The translations under genes were made by a program, and so were the position numbers. Below the pieces are notes generated by a model, which was not told the DNA's origin, searched no databases, and worked only from the letters and a program-made list of their open reading frames with translations. Positions 12,290-26,800 of a DNA stretch of 64,000 nt are shown here, in pieces; within the stretch, counting starts at the first letter, position 1; every line of letters begins with the position of its first letter. Source of the DNA: Macrostomum lignano (taxonomy: Eukaryota); assembly GCA_002269645.1 (NCBI GenBank), contig NIVC01000869.1, positions 310,001-374,000 of the forward strand, written 5' to 3'.

Positions 12290-12506
12290 AGAGTTTATCG
12301 GGTGGTGATCAGTCACTCGAAAAATCCCACTTCCAGACATCAGGCCTGGGAACAGAATACAGTAATAACTTACTGATGCGGGCTCCTCTTCTTTGTCGGG
12401 CAGATGTTCGGAGCTCGTTTCTTCGAATCTTCTTTCTCCGGAGTAGTCTGCTTGAATTCTAAAAATCGGCCGAATAAGAGAGCTTAATAACTTAGTCTGT
12501 CGACGT

Positions 12507-12581
12507 CAATGTATTCCTCGAGTGCAGAAATCAATATATTCCTCGAGTGCAGAAAACAATATATTCCTCGAGTTCAGAAAT
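12507..12581. repeat. 25-bp tandem repeat x3
   Basis: CAATATATTCCTCGAGTGCAGAAA unit. Confidence 0.85.
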
Positions 12582-13439
12582 CAGAGATGCACCCTAATAA
12601 CAAAGTCAACTCTATAACAATGACGAGGGCCTCCAGAAAGGGCGTCTTCTTCTAGAAATAACGGAATCGGAGTGGTGTGCTCCTTTTGGTTACTCTAGGG
12701 TACCAAAATCAATCAATCAATCAGTAATCGACTAAGAGTATCGGAATCGGTCCGCAGATCCTATCTAATCCCTTAGGAATAGGGAGGCCTCAAATTCAAT
12801 AACTCAGTAGAATTCGACTGATCAGTAACGGCCGGCAATGACACAGCTCTCAATAATTCAATAACGAAGATTCAAATAACAAAGACTCTAACAAAGGCTC
12901 TATCAATAATAAATTTTAATTGTCTCACCTGATGTGATTACAGTGTTTTAATTCATGAGAATGGCAATATTTATTGAGCTTCAGATTAATTAAACTGCTG
13001 CAAAGCACTTCACCTTGTACTGCCTTGTGATTTTCCTGGCCACGTTGGGGCTCTCTGCTTCTGCTGTTACTTCTACTAGCAGCATGCGTTCGCGTTTGCT
13101 AAGCATTTTCTAGCGGTTAATTTTGCTGATATGCACATTTTGTCCCTCCAGGATTCATAATTCGTGTACTACTTTAAAGATTAACTCATTGCTGGATCAA
13201 TTAAAGGTTTTAAATACATAAAATTGCAAAGCTGGCAGTAGAGCTTCCTCCACTGCCTCTGGATGATTTACTGCTTTTGGGGCAAAGTCGCTTGACATTT
13301 GCAGATTTACCTGAATAGGTAGAATCAATTCAATTTATGGGATTTAGGGTGTATTAATTGCAATCTGGAAACTGGAATTTCATTGCAGGATGCTGTCAGG
13401 CTTTGCGCCTTCCGCTTATTCCTGTGTCCTTGTCTGCTT

Positions 13440-14150
13440 CAATACCCCCTCATCAGTCGGCCTCTTTTGCCAGAATGCCCGTCATTTTCCCGCCCCAATG
13501 ACCCTCATTTTCACTCCCTATACCCCTCATTCCCCACCCCAATACCCCTCATTTCCCCGCCCCAATACCCCTCATTTCCCCTCCCCAATACCCTTCATTT
13601 CCCTTTCCCAATACCAATACCCCTCATTACCCCTTCCCAATACCCCTCATTACCCCTTCCCAATACCCCTCATTTCCCCGCCCCAATACCCCTCATTTCC
13701 CCGCCCCAATACCCCTCATTTCCCCTCCCCAATACCCCTCATTTCCCTTCCCCAATACCCCTCATTTCCCCGCCCCAATACCCCTCATTTCCCCGCCCCA
13801 ATACCCCTCATTTCCCCTCCCCAATACCCCTCATTTCCCTTCCCCAATACCCCTCATTTCCCTTCCCCAATACCCCTCATTACCCCTTCCCAATACCCCT
13901 CATTTCCCTTCCCCAATACCCCTCATTTCTCCTCCCTAATACCTCATTTCCCCGCCCCAATACGCCTCATTTCTCCTCTTTAATACCTCATTTCCCCGCC
14001 CCAATATGCCTCATTTCTCCTCCCTAATACCTCATTTCCCCGCCCCAATATGCCTCATTTCTCCTCCCTAATACCTCATTTCTTCGCCCCAATACCCCTC
14101 ATTTCTTGTCTCCAATACGTCATTTTCCCGCCCCAATATCCCTTATTTCC
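13440..14150. repeat. 22-bp C-rich minisatellite
   Basis: CCCAATACCCCTCATTTCCCC(G/T) unit, about 28 copies, degenerate at the edges. Confidence 0.95.
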
Positions 14151-14280
14151 TCGCCTCATTTACCCGCCTCTCTGTCTCATCTCACTTGATCTCTCCATGT
14201 TTCATCCTCTCTAATCTCATCTGGCTTCATCCCATCTCACCCCTTTCAATCCGATTCCAGTCAGTTTCATTCTGCATGCG

Positions 14281-14345
14281 GGCAGGGCAGCTCAGCATTG
14301 AGCGGGTCTGACTCGCGCTCCACGACCCCTGGTTCGATTCCGCGG
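14281..14345 (+). mobile_element. tRNA-derived SINE head (or tRNA pseudogene)
   Basis: A-box/D-arm-like GCAGCTCAGCATTGAGCG (GCTC/GAGC stem) and canonical B box GGTTCGATTCC at 14331-14341; acceptor and anticodon stems are not intact. Confidence 0.6.
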
Positions 14346-14589
14346 CCGCATTCACTTGGGGCTTGTGAACGTAAAATTGGCCGGGAGGGTGTCGTGCCAT
14401 TCACACACAGGAGGGCCGGGCCCCAAGGCGCAGGGAGTGTACATGCTTGACGATTAGACAGTCAGGACGGCTGTACACCCTGTGTGAGCGTGTGTGTGAG
14501 TGTGTGCATCTGCATGAGTACAGAATTGACGGGCTTGTATGTGCTCAGGAGTCAGCGGAACAGGCAGAAAGCCCTCCTGCAAATTTTAA

Positions 14590-17229
<2,640 letters not shown>

Positions 17230-17245
<16 letters not shown>

Positions 17246-18402
17246 GCATGAGCCGTCTGCATCTCTTCCCCCTCCTTGTCACTCCGGGCTTTCCGCTTCT
17301 GCAACAATAGGCAGCGCCCGCGGGCTGCTAAAGCAAAAACGTAAAACTGGGACTGAAGCAAGCCGTACCGTCCGCACTCATTAATCTCCAGCTGCTCGCT
17401 AGTTCAGTGCACTGCTGTAAGCCTCCCCATTGTCACGGCTACGTTTCCCATCTCACCTCTCCATCCCCTCAAACCGGCCCCCTTTCCATTATTATCGATA
17501 GCGAAGACAAACAGAGAGCCCGAGTGTCAGGCAGCCACAGCTCCGTCCCTGCCCTGCCTCCTCTGTTCCTTCATTCTCCTCACCAGCCTCTTGTTCTTGA
17601 GAAACGGGGGGACTCGCGGACTGAAGGGAGGGAGGAGACCGACTCACCCATCCTCCCAATCAGCCGCCTCAGCCTCAACTCTGCTTCCATTTCAATGCCC
17701 TGAACGCGGAGACTTTTTCTCTTCACAATGCAATGACGCGCAGAGCGGGAGGCGGGGAGAGGGGGAGGGTTGCAAATATCGATCGATTCAGTCTAGAGCC
17801 GACCAGCGTTGTGCCCCGTGTGCTCTGTTGGGACTGCAGCGCTGGCAGCGCAAGCCAATTCACTGCTTTGGCAGCTGCTGCTTGTCAGGCTTGGGAAGCT
17901 GGATCGCAGCCTTGTTCTGCACCCAGACGCAAACTTGAGGAAATCCAACAAATGCCACAATGATAATCTTGTAATTGTAATAAAGAAGATACAGTAAAAT
18001 TTCGAGCTGAAGAGAACAGGATTAACAAATGATCTTTTAGCAGGGCAGAGCATGAATGAGGTCAACTTTGACGCAGGGCCGAGTGCCTAACATTTAGCGA
18101 AACTGCGAGTACTACAATGCGCTGGTGGACAAATAGCTTGCATTTAAACTGAAACTAGCGGATTTAGAGCGCGAAACTCGATTCATACGTACGATCTATC
18201 TACATACGATCTCAAAAATTGAGGCAAGCAGTACTTTTTGAACTAGTTGAGCATCGTCCGAATCAACAGTTAGATTTTCCTGGAAACCAAGTCCTCCTTG
18301 CCGAAGGTGAATATCGGCATTAAAGGGCCACCCATTGCTCGGGTCACAATGGCCACAGGAGACTCTTGTCTGACAATGGTGTACATCTGCTGTGGTCATT
18401 GG
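17230..18402. repeat. Unique segment duplicated in inverted orientation at 55818-56990
   Basis: Matching track peptides on opposite strands (e.g. 17407-17703 + vs 56518-56814 -). Only scattered substitutions and small indels by eye. Confidence 0.95.
18235..18385 (-). pseudogene. Small fragment of the FkbM-family gene
   Basis: About 90% nucleotide match to 11390-11477 (ACACCATTGTCAGACAAG...TTCACCTTC..GCAAGGAGG), continuing to ATTCGGACGATGCTCAAC without the 277-bp insertion. Confidence 0.8.
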
Positions 18403-18978
18403 CTTCACATTTGGGAAAAAGACGCATGGCTTCGTTGATTGAACGATAACCTTGCAAAAATTGCAGAACAAGAACGCTAGAAAAGTTTATTGTATACCAG
18501 GTAAAGTGGCTCGCTTGATGAAGAGTAGATAAATAAAGGTAAATATCAACATGAAGTATTATTTGAGTTGCCGATGCATTTCGTCCATTTGCATTAGGAC
18601 ATCGTCAGGGTCTTTTTATTTAAGAAACAATTTGAACGAATATTCAGTATATATAGATAGTTGAGAGTAACAAGAGTAGTTGAATTGAGTTTCTAATTGA
18701 TGGTTTAAAACTTGTACATAGTAATCAATTTTTTGATACAGTATTGGTTGGGTAAAGTGCATATCAGTTTCAAGCCAGTCCGGTCATTGACAAATCAGCT
18801 AAAAAATTCTGAGTTGACGGCTAGCCCCACCCATCGCAAGTTGGTTATTTAACGTGGGCTGTTTGGTCTTAATGTACAGGGCTTCTAATAGGCAGAGCAT
18901 GTGATCTCTATTACAAAAATCAATAGCCTTTATCATTTCGTGTGGTTCAGCCTCACAACAAGAATTGCAGGTTAGCAG

Positions 18979-19413
18979 GTGTTCTTTTTTCAGTTAGAAA
19001 AGCTGCTCCGTAAAGACTTAAACACTCAAATCCGTGTTGTGTTTCGCACCGAAAAGATTGCTAAGTTTGTCTGCAAGTTGAAATCCAGTGTTCCACGTCC
19101 TCTCGCGGCTGGTGTCGTGTATAAATTTGTTTGCTCTGAGGACCAGAGCATCTCCTACATAGGAAAAACTAAACGACACTTATACACGAGGGTCAGAGAG
19201 CACTGGCTAAAAAACTCTGCTATTAACGAACACCTGCTAACCTGCAATTCTTGTTGTGAGGCTGAACCACACGAAATGATAAAGGCTATTGATTTTTGTA
19301 ATAGAGATCACATGCTCTGCCTATTAGAAGCCCTGTACATTAAGACCAAACAGCCCACGTTAAACAACCAACTTGCAATGGGTGGGGCTAGCCGTCAACT
19401 CAGAATTTTTTAG
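18979..19413 (+). CDS. GIY-YIG endonuclease domain of a Penelope-like element (truncated ORF end)
   Basis: GVVYKFVC...YIGKTKRHLYTRVREH...SAINEHLLTC...LLEALYIK...P.LNNQ, typical of the PLE C-terminus. Confidence 0.9.
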   Translation: MFFFQLEKLLRKDLNTQIRVVFRTEKIAKFVCKLKSSVPRPLAAGVVYKFVCSEDQSISYIGKTKRHLYTRVREHWLKNSAINEHLLTCNSCCEAEPHEMIKAIDFCNRDHMLCLLEALYIKTKQPTLNNQLAMGGASRQLRIF

Positions 19414-19600
19414 CTGATTTGTCAATGACCGGACTGGCTTGAAACTGATATGCACTTTACCCAACCAATACTGTATCAAAAAATTGATTACTATGTACAA
19501 GTTTTAAACCATCAATTAGAAACTCAATTCAACTACTCTTGTTACTCTCAACTATCTATATATACTGAATATTCGTTCAAATTGTTTCTTAAATAAAAAG

Positions 19601-19642
19601 ACCCTGACGATGTCCTAATGCAAATGGACGAAATGCATCGGC
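19601..19642 (+). ncRNA. Minimal hammerhead ribozyme motif in pLTR (antisense copy at 18570-18611)
   Basis: CC-CTGACGA-T-GTCC-taatgcaaat-GGAC-GAAA-TGC-ATC^GG; palindromic stem III ATGCAT; stem I only 2 bp. Confidence 0.72.
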
Positions 19643-19934
19643 AACTCAAATAATACTTCATGTTGATATTTACCTTTATTTATTTATTGTATACATTTTC
19701 CTATCCGCAGATTGAAAAGAGCCTTTGGCCTGCGAACCGGCCGAGCGCTCGCCCCGTCCAAGTCTGACAGGCTGCTCTATTTTGGCGCAGAACACCTGGG
19801 GTAAATCTAAAATTATCTACAGACGTCGTGTCCTTTGATTGTAATGAATTCGACAAAGTGCTCTAGAACGACATATCGATTAATAAAAACATCGAGAGAA
19901 GCACAATAAATGCATAGAATATAAATGCACGCAA

Positions 19935-20175
19935 GCCGACGCCATGCTGTCCATAGCCGACGCTATTTGATAGGCGTCGGCTATGGATAGGTTGTGCTGT
20001 TATGTGACGTAAAAAGTATTTAAAACATGGTTTATAAAATACACAACTTTCAGTTCGTATACTATCGTACTAGATAAATAATTGTAAGAGCATCTATAAA
20101 GTGGAGCATTATGGATTACAGATATAATGGCGTCGGCTATGGACATTTTGTGCTTGCAGCATAGCATGCTGTTCA
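19935..20175 (+). mobile_element. Candidate DINE-1/HINE-like (Helentron-type) non-autonomous element
   Basis: 14-bp motif TCCATAGCCGACGC (19950) with an adjacent inverted copy (19974), a further inverted copy (20132), then a CAGCAT-agc-ATGCTG stem-loop (20157-20171). Confidence 0.4.
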
Positions 20176-20599
20176 TTGAAAACGTCGCACTCGGCGTTCT
20201 GCAAGTTTTCTTTACTTCCGTATCCTTCTTTCGGGGGCTTTCGACCACTTCTTTAATTCTTTGATTATTCGTTGGCTACTACTTTCTATTGATGCCCTCG
20301 CTTTCTTGCATGATCTCTAGCCACCTTTGGTTGCTTCTCCTTGACAAACTTTGAATGTTTCTTTGCTTTCTTGCTTACTTTTTTGGCCTTCGGGCTTACC
20401 TTGATTTTTGGACGTGGCATCCAGCAACGGTCGAATGCCTGTTTGGCTTCTTTAACAAACCGTAGCTGTTGAATTTTGGCATTGCGATCATAACGGCGTA
20501 AACAGAATCCTGTAATAGGCGGTCTTGTTTTTGTAATTTGCCATAACGCCGCTGGCTCTGTGGTCCGATCATCGACTCCTCGTCTGCGACCTTCGTCTT

Positions 20600-22668
20600 C
20601 GCGATCCGCTCTACCGTCCGCCGAAGCGGCCACCGCGGCGCTACTACCGCGCGCTCAGGGACGCCAAAACGCACAGCCGCTATGCTAGCGCTTTTATCGC
20701 TGCGCTCGGCGGCAAGCGTAGAGGTGCCGAGTACGCGGAGGTGTGCGCTGCAGCTCGAGCCGCCGCGGAACAAGCAGTCCCGCTGATGCGACCGGCCCAG
20801 CTGGAGCAGCCGGTATGGCAAGACGACCCCGCGATTCGGCAAGCGAGGGAAGAGCTGGAGAGACTCCGTTTGAGCAATCGACCAACCCGCGAGGCATTGG
20901 AGGCTGTCTATCTACAGCGCCAGCAGGCTGCTGTTGATGACGCTATTAGGGTCGTCTCTGCCGCTTGGCCCGATGCCAGAGGCCGCTAAAACTGGCAGGC
21001 GACTCTGCGGACGAGCGCAGGAACGAGCTGCGTGAGTTCTTCGCCGCCATTGTCAACGCACCGCCACCCCGCTGCCAGACAGTCTGACGCTGCCGCTGGA
21101 GATTCCGTTGCCGGCAGAGGAGAGCTTCAGCCTAGTACCAGTCAGCACAGCCGACGTTATGAGGCTCGTCCAACAGTCACCGGACGGGAAAGCGCTGGGT
21201 CCGGACGAGGTGCCCATCGAGGCGCTGCGCATCCACTGCGTGGCCAGTGAGGTCGCCAGAGTGATGAATCGCTTGCTCTTTGATGAGGAGACACCCAACG
21301 AATGGACGACGGCAAACATCGTCGCAGTTCCTAAGAAGTCGGGCACCACGAGGCTTGAGGAGCATCGAGGTATCTGCCTTCAGTCCTGCGCTGCGAAGTT
21401 GTTCAACCAGATGCTGTTATCGCGGTTGCAGCCCGTGCTGAATCCGTACCTGCGTCCTGAGCAGAACGGCTTCCGGCCCCATCGCGGCACAGTGAAGCAG
21501 ATCCTGGCTCTTCGGCGAGTCATCGAAGAAGCGCGGATACGCTAGTCGATCCTGGTTGTTATTTTCATAGATTTCAATAAGGCATTCGACTTGGTCGTCA
21601 TAAAGGTTTCCATAGTTTTCATAGATGCTCCCAAAGGTGCTCCGTGCGTACAACGTGCCAGAGCAGCTGATTTCCCCCATCATGGCGATGTATCGTGATA
21701 CGAAAGCTGCTGTTTCAACACCGGGCGGCCTATCGGACTTCTTTGAGACATCTTCCGGGGTGCTTCCGGGAGATACGCTTGCGCCGTTCCTGTTCGTTAT
21801 GGTGCTTGACTGGGTGCTGTGGACCGCTCTTCCTACCGATGACGTCTTTCGGTTGCGGCGAAGCACGCATGGGTCGACGTCAACCAGAGAGGCTCTCGCC
21901 CTGCAGTCCTCAACTGTCGAGGGTGCCCAGCGACAACTGGACAAGCGAGTTGCTGTTGCGACGAGTGTCGGCCTAGTTGTCAACACGCAGAAGACCGTCG
22001 TGCTCTGCGTGCCGGACGACATCGATTTTGTGCCGAGGCGCTGATGGACAGGCGACAGAGCTTCCGCGTTGTCAGCCGTTCGTCTACCTCGGCGGTCTGG
22101 TTCCCGGTGTCCGCGAGGATTTGCGGCATCGCCGCGGGCTTTCCTGGGCTGCCTTTCGTTCTGTGAGGGCAAGTTCTGCAGTCCGAGGCCTTACCTGACC
22201 TCCAGAGGGCGGCGTTGTTCCAGGCGGTGATCGAGACCGTCCTGCTGTTCGACGCCGAGACCTGGACGCTGACGGAGCCACTCTAGCAACAAGTTGACGC
22301 GGCGCACACTGGCCTGCTGCGCGCCGCTTTCAAGATCGGCTACGAGCGAGTGACCAACGCGGCTTTGTATCGCCGCGCCAGCCTGGTATGTCCAAGCGAC
22401 CTGTTACGCCGTCGACGACTCCAGCTGGCAGGCCACATCATCCCCGCCGAGTCGTACTTCCCAGAGCCGGTGCAGGAAGTTCTGCCGCTAACGCTGCAGG
22501 CACCCTACCGGCGGGGGCAGGCGCGCACTCGGCGTTTCGTCGACTGCCTGCTGGGTGACGCCGGCGCCCCGGATTCGGCCGGAGGCGTGGCGTTCATTCG
22601 CGACCTGGCCTTGAAGCGTGCCCTGTGGCGCTAACCTGCGTATTCTGTTGTTGTTGTTGTTGTGTTGT
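20600..22668 (+). mobile_element. RTE-clade LINE, 5'-truncated and degenerate, (TTG)n tail
   Basis: KALGPDEVP, RGICLQS, EQNGFRPHRGT, GVLPGDTLAPFLF, NTQKT, YLGG, RRRLQLAGH; tail at 22646-22668; YADD segment deleted at about 21896. The 5' boundary is approximate. Confidence 0.9.
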
Positions 22669-23879
22669 TTTTTGTAATCCTCTACCGGCAGTCCTTTTTT
22701 TGGTTGTACACTTTGGATACGTGAGCCTCCAAAGTTGCGACGTTTGCCAGTCTAATAGGCCTATTGAAAATGCTGGCTGGTGCTAATTGCCATATTGCCA
22801 ACTAATTAAAAGAATTAAATGAAAATAAAGCATGTCACTGCGAGGCTCCTGTTGGCAGCACAGAATATGCCAGAATATTTCAGTATCAAAATTTTCACTA
22901 ACTGACTTTGTGTTGGCTAGCAAACATCGGCTGCTGGCAAACGTCGGTATGCCACGCTTTGGTGCTGTTACATGCAGTTCGGACAGTTTTGGTTACATCG
23001 GTTGCTAGCTCTGGTACCTGCTACTAAAACCTACGCAAAATATCAAGAAGACAAAGAGCGTTTTAGTGAGCAGTAGTTTGTTAGTAACCTGTATATTTAG
23101 TAGCAGTAGTAGGGAGCGAGGTAGCGAGGTAGGTAGCGAGTTTTCAAATTCAAGTACATGCATGTAAGCCTAGAGAGGGCATGATTCTTTAACCAATTGC
23201 TGCCTGCAAATGTCCGGCTGGCAAACGTTGCTAGCCTAAAAAAGCATGCCAACTTTAACTTTCAACTCGCAGTCCCAACTTTCATGATGGACATTGCAAC
23301 CCAAACATTGGAACCGGTAGAAAAGCATCTTAACATTTTAAGATCGCCAAGCCAAATTCAAAACCAGGTAAACTCTGAGAAATTTTTAAGGAACCGTGAC
23401 TGAATTTCACTACCGAATCTCACTCATGATCATGAATTTGCAACAAACCACTTAAATATATATGGGACTCATTCAAAAGTTACAACAGAGATCAATGAAA
23501 CCCAAAAAAATCCCTCCCACAGCAGTAGTGCCGCCGGAAGCTCCAGCAGCGGAAATCCGGATTGGCCGCCAGCCGCAACAGATAACCAGTTCGGATGAAC
23601 GAAATGTCTTCCGTACTCTCCCAAACTGCTAAGAGCTGCTTCTTTGTCAGCTTATTAATCCAATTTTTTGGGACTTCGTCGGGCCATCCCAACCAATAGC
23701 CCGTGTACGGGTATTTGCTGAGAAATTTGTTGAGACGGGCGGACTCTGAAGGGCAAGGACCCATGGGTGGGCAGAGGGGGTGCCGCTCTGTATTTTAGCG
23801 AAAATTCGCTTCGTCCCCCCAATGATTTTTTTCTGGTCCCCCCCGGTTGCACCACTGTACAGGACGGCAGGAGCCGGTA

Positions 23880-26800
23880 GGGGGATGCTGTCTTGTCAGA
23901 TGCTTGCTGTCTGGTGGGATGCTTGCTTTTTGGGAATGCTTGCTGTCTGGGGATGCTTGCTACCTGGGGGGGTGCTTGCTTTCTGAGGATGCTTGCTGTC
24001 TGGGGGGATGCTTGCTATCTGGGGATGCTTGCTACCTGGAGGAATGCTTGCTGTCTGGGGAAGTGCCTGCTGTCTGAGGATGCTTGCTATTTGGGGGATG
24101 CTTCCTTTCTGAGGATGCTTGCTGTCTGGCGTTGGTGCTTGCTTTCTGGGGGGTTACTTGCTGTCTGGGGATGCTTGCTGTCTGGGGATGCTTGCTATTT
24201 GGGGGATGCTTGCTACCTGGGGGATGCTTGCTGTCTGGGGATGCTTGCTATTTGGGGGATGCTTGATATTTTGGGGATGCTTGATATTTTGGGGATGCTT
24301 GCTGTCTGGGGATGCTTGCTGTCTGAGGATGCTTGCTGTCTGGGGATGCTTGCTGTCTGGGGATGCTTGATATTTGCGGAATGCTTGTAACCTGGGAGGA
24401 TGCTTGCTACCTGGGAGGATGCTTGCTGTCTGGGGGAATGCCTGCTATCTGGGGATGCTTGCTACCTGGGGGAATGCTTGCTGTCTAGGGAAATGCCTGC
24501 TGTTTGAGGATGCTTGCTATTTGGGGGATGCTTGCTGTCTGGGGATGCTTGATATTTGGGGGATGCTTGCTATCTGAGGAATGCTTGCTACCTGGGAGGA
24601 TGCTTGCTGTCTGGGAGGATGCCTGCTGTCTGGGAGGATGCCTGCTATCTTGGGGGATGCTTGATATTTGGGGGATGCTTGCTATCTGAGGAATGCTTGC
24701 TACCTGGGAGGATGCTTGCTATCTTGGGGGATGCTTGCTGTCTGGGGATGCTTGCTATTTGGGGGATGCTTGATATTTGGGGGATGCTTGATACAATATT
24801 TTGGGGATGCTTACTGTCTGGGGATGCTTGCTGTCTGGGGATGCTTGCTGTCTGGGGATGCTTGCTGTCTGGGGATGCTTGCTATTTGGGGGATGCTTGC
24901 TACCTGGGGGGATGCTTGCTGTCTGGGGATGCTTGCTATTTGGGGGATGCTTGATATTTTGGGGATGCTTGCTGTCTGAGGATGCTTGCTGTCTGGGAAT
25001 GCTTGCTGTCTGGGGATGCTTGCTGTCTGGGGATGCTTGATATTTGGGGGATGCTTGCTATCTGGGGATGCTTGCTATTTTGGGGATGCTTGCTGTCTGG
25101 GGATGCTTGCTATTTGGGCGATGCTTGCTACCTGGGAGGATGCTTGCTTTCTGAGGATGCTTGCTTTCTGGGGGGTTACTTGCTTTCTGGGGGGTTACTT
25201 GCTGTCTGGGGATGCTTGCTGTCTGGGGGGTTACTTGCTGTCTGGGGATGCTTGCTGTCTGGGGATGCTTGATATTTGCGGAATGCTTGTTACCTGGGAG
25301 GATGCTTGCTACCTGGGAGGATGCTTGCTGTCTGGGGGAATGTCTGCTATCTGGGGATGCTTGCTGTCTGGGGATGCATGCTGTTTGGGGAAATGCCTGC
25401 TGTTTGAGGATGCTTGCTATTTGGGGGATGCTTGCTGTCTGGGGATGCTTGATATTTGGGGGATGCTTGCTATCTGAGGAATGCTTGCTACCTGGGAGGA
25501 TGCTTGCTGTCTGGGAGGATGCCTGCTGTCTGGGAGGATGCCTGCTATCTTGGGGGATGCTTGATATTTGGGGGATGCTTGCTATCTGAGGAATGCTTGC
25601 TACCTGGGAGGATGCTTGCTATCTTGGGGGATGCTTGCTGTCTGGGGATGCTTGCTATTTGGGGGATGCTTGATATTTGGGGGATGCTTGATACAATATT
25701 TTGGGGATGCTTGCTGTCTGGGAATGCTTGCTGTCTGGGGATGCTTGCTGTCTGGGGATGCTTGATATTTGGGGGATGCTTGCTATCTGGGGATGCTTGC
25801 TATTTTGGGGATGCTTGCTGTCTGGGGATGCTTGCTATTTGGGCGATGCTTGCCACCTGGGAGGATGCTTGCTTTCTGAGGATGCTTGCTTTCTGGGGGG
25901 TTACTTGCTGTCTGGGGATGCTTGCTGTCTGGGGATGCTTGATATTTGCGGAATGCTTGTTACCTGGGAGGATGCTTGCTACCTGGGAGGATGCTTGCTG
26001 TCTGGGGGAATGTCTGCTATCTGGGGATGCTTGCTGTCTGGGGATGCATGCTGTTTGGGGAAATGCCTGCTGTCTGGGGATGCTTGCTATTTGGGGGATG
26101 CTTGCTGTCTGGGGGGATGCTTGCTATCTTGTGGGATGCTTGCTGTCTTGGGATGCTTGATATTTGGGGGATGCTTGATATTTGGGGGATGCTTGCTACC
26201 TGGGGGGATGCTTGCTTTCTGGGGGGTTACTTGCTGTCTGGGGATGCTTGCTGTCTGGGGATGCTTGATATTTGCGGAATGCTTGTTACCTGGGAGGATG
26301 CTTGCTACCTGGGAGGATGCTTGCTGTCTAGGGGAATGTCTGCTATCTGGGGATGCTTGCTGTCTGGGGATGCATGCTGTTTGGGGAAATGCTTGCTGTC
26401 TGGGGATGCTTGCTACCTGGAGGGGTGCTTGCTTTCTGAGGATGCTTGCTGTCTGGGGGGATGCTTGCTATCTTGTGGGATGCTTGCTACCTGGGAGGAT
26501 GCTTGCTATCTTGTGGGATGCTTGCTATCTTGGGGGATGCTTGCTGTCTGGGAATGCTTTCTATTTGGGGATGCTTGCTGTCTGGGAATGCTTGCTATTT
26601 GGGGGATGCTTGCTGTCTGGGAATGCTTGCTATCTGGGGGGTGCTTGCTTTCTGAGGATGCTTGCTGTCTGGGGATGCTTGCTGTCTGGGGATGCATGCT
26701 GTTTGGGGAAATGCCTGCTGTCTGGGGATGCATGCTGTTTGGGGAAATGCCTGCTGTCTGGTGATGCTTGATATTTGGGAGATGCTTGATATTTTGAGGA

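Larger units (their letters stand above)
18498..19682 (+). mobile_element. Penelope-like element, 5'-truncated, with inverted pLTR and tail
   Basis: GIY-YIG ORF; ~455-bp inverted repeat (18527-18984 / 19228-19682); 29-nt tail 18498-18526; 12-bp TSD TTTATTGTATAC (18486-18497 / 19683-19694). Confidence 0.92.

Noticed and set aside
20286-20633. Lys-rich 115-aa ORF; also 23492-23764
   Set aside because: No recognisable motif; the first overlaps the uncertain RTE 5' junction.
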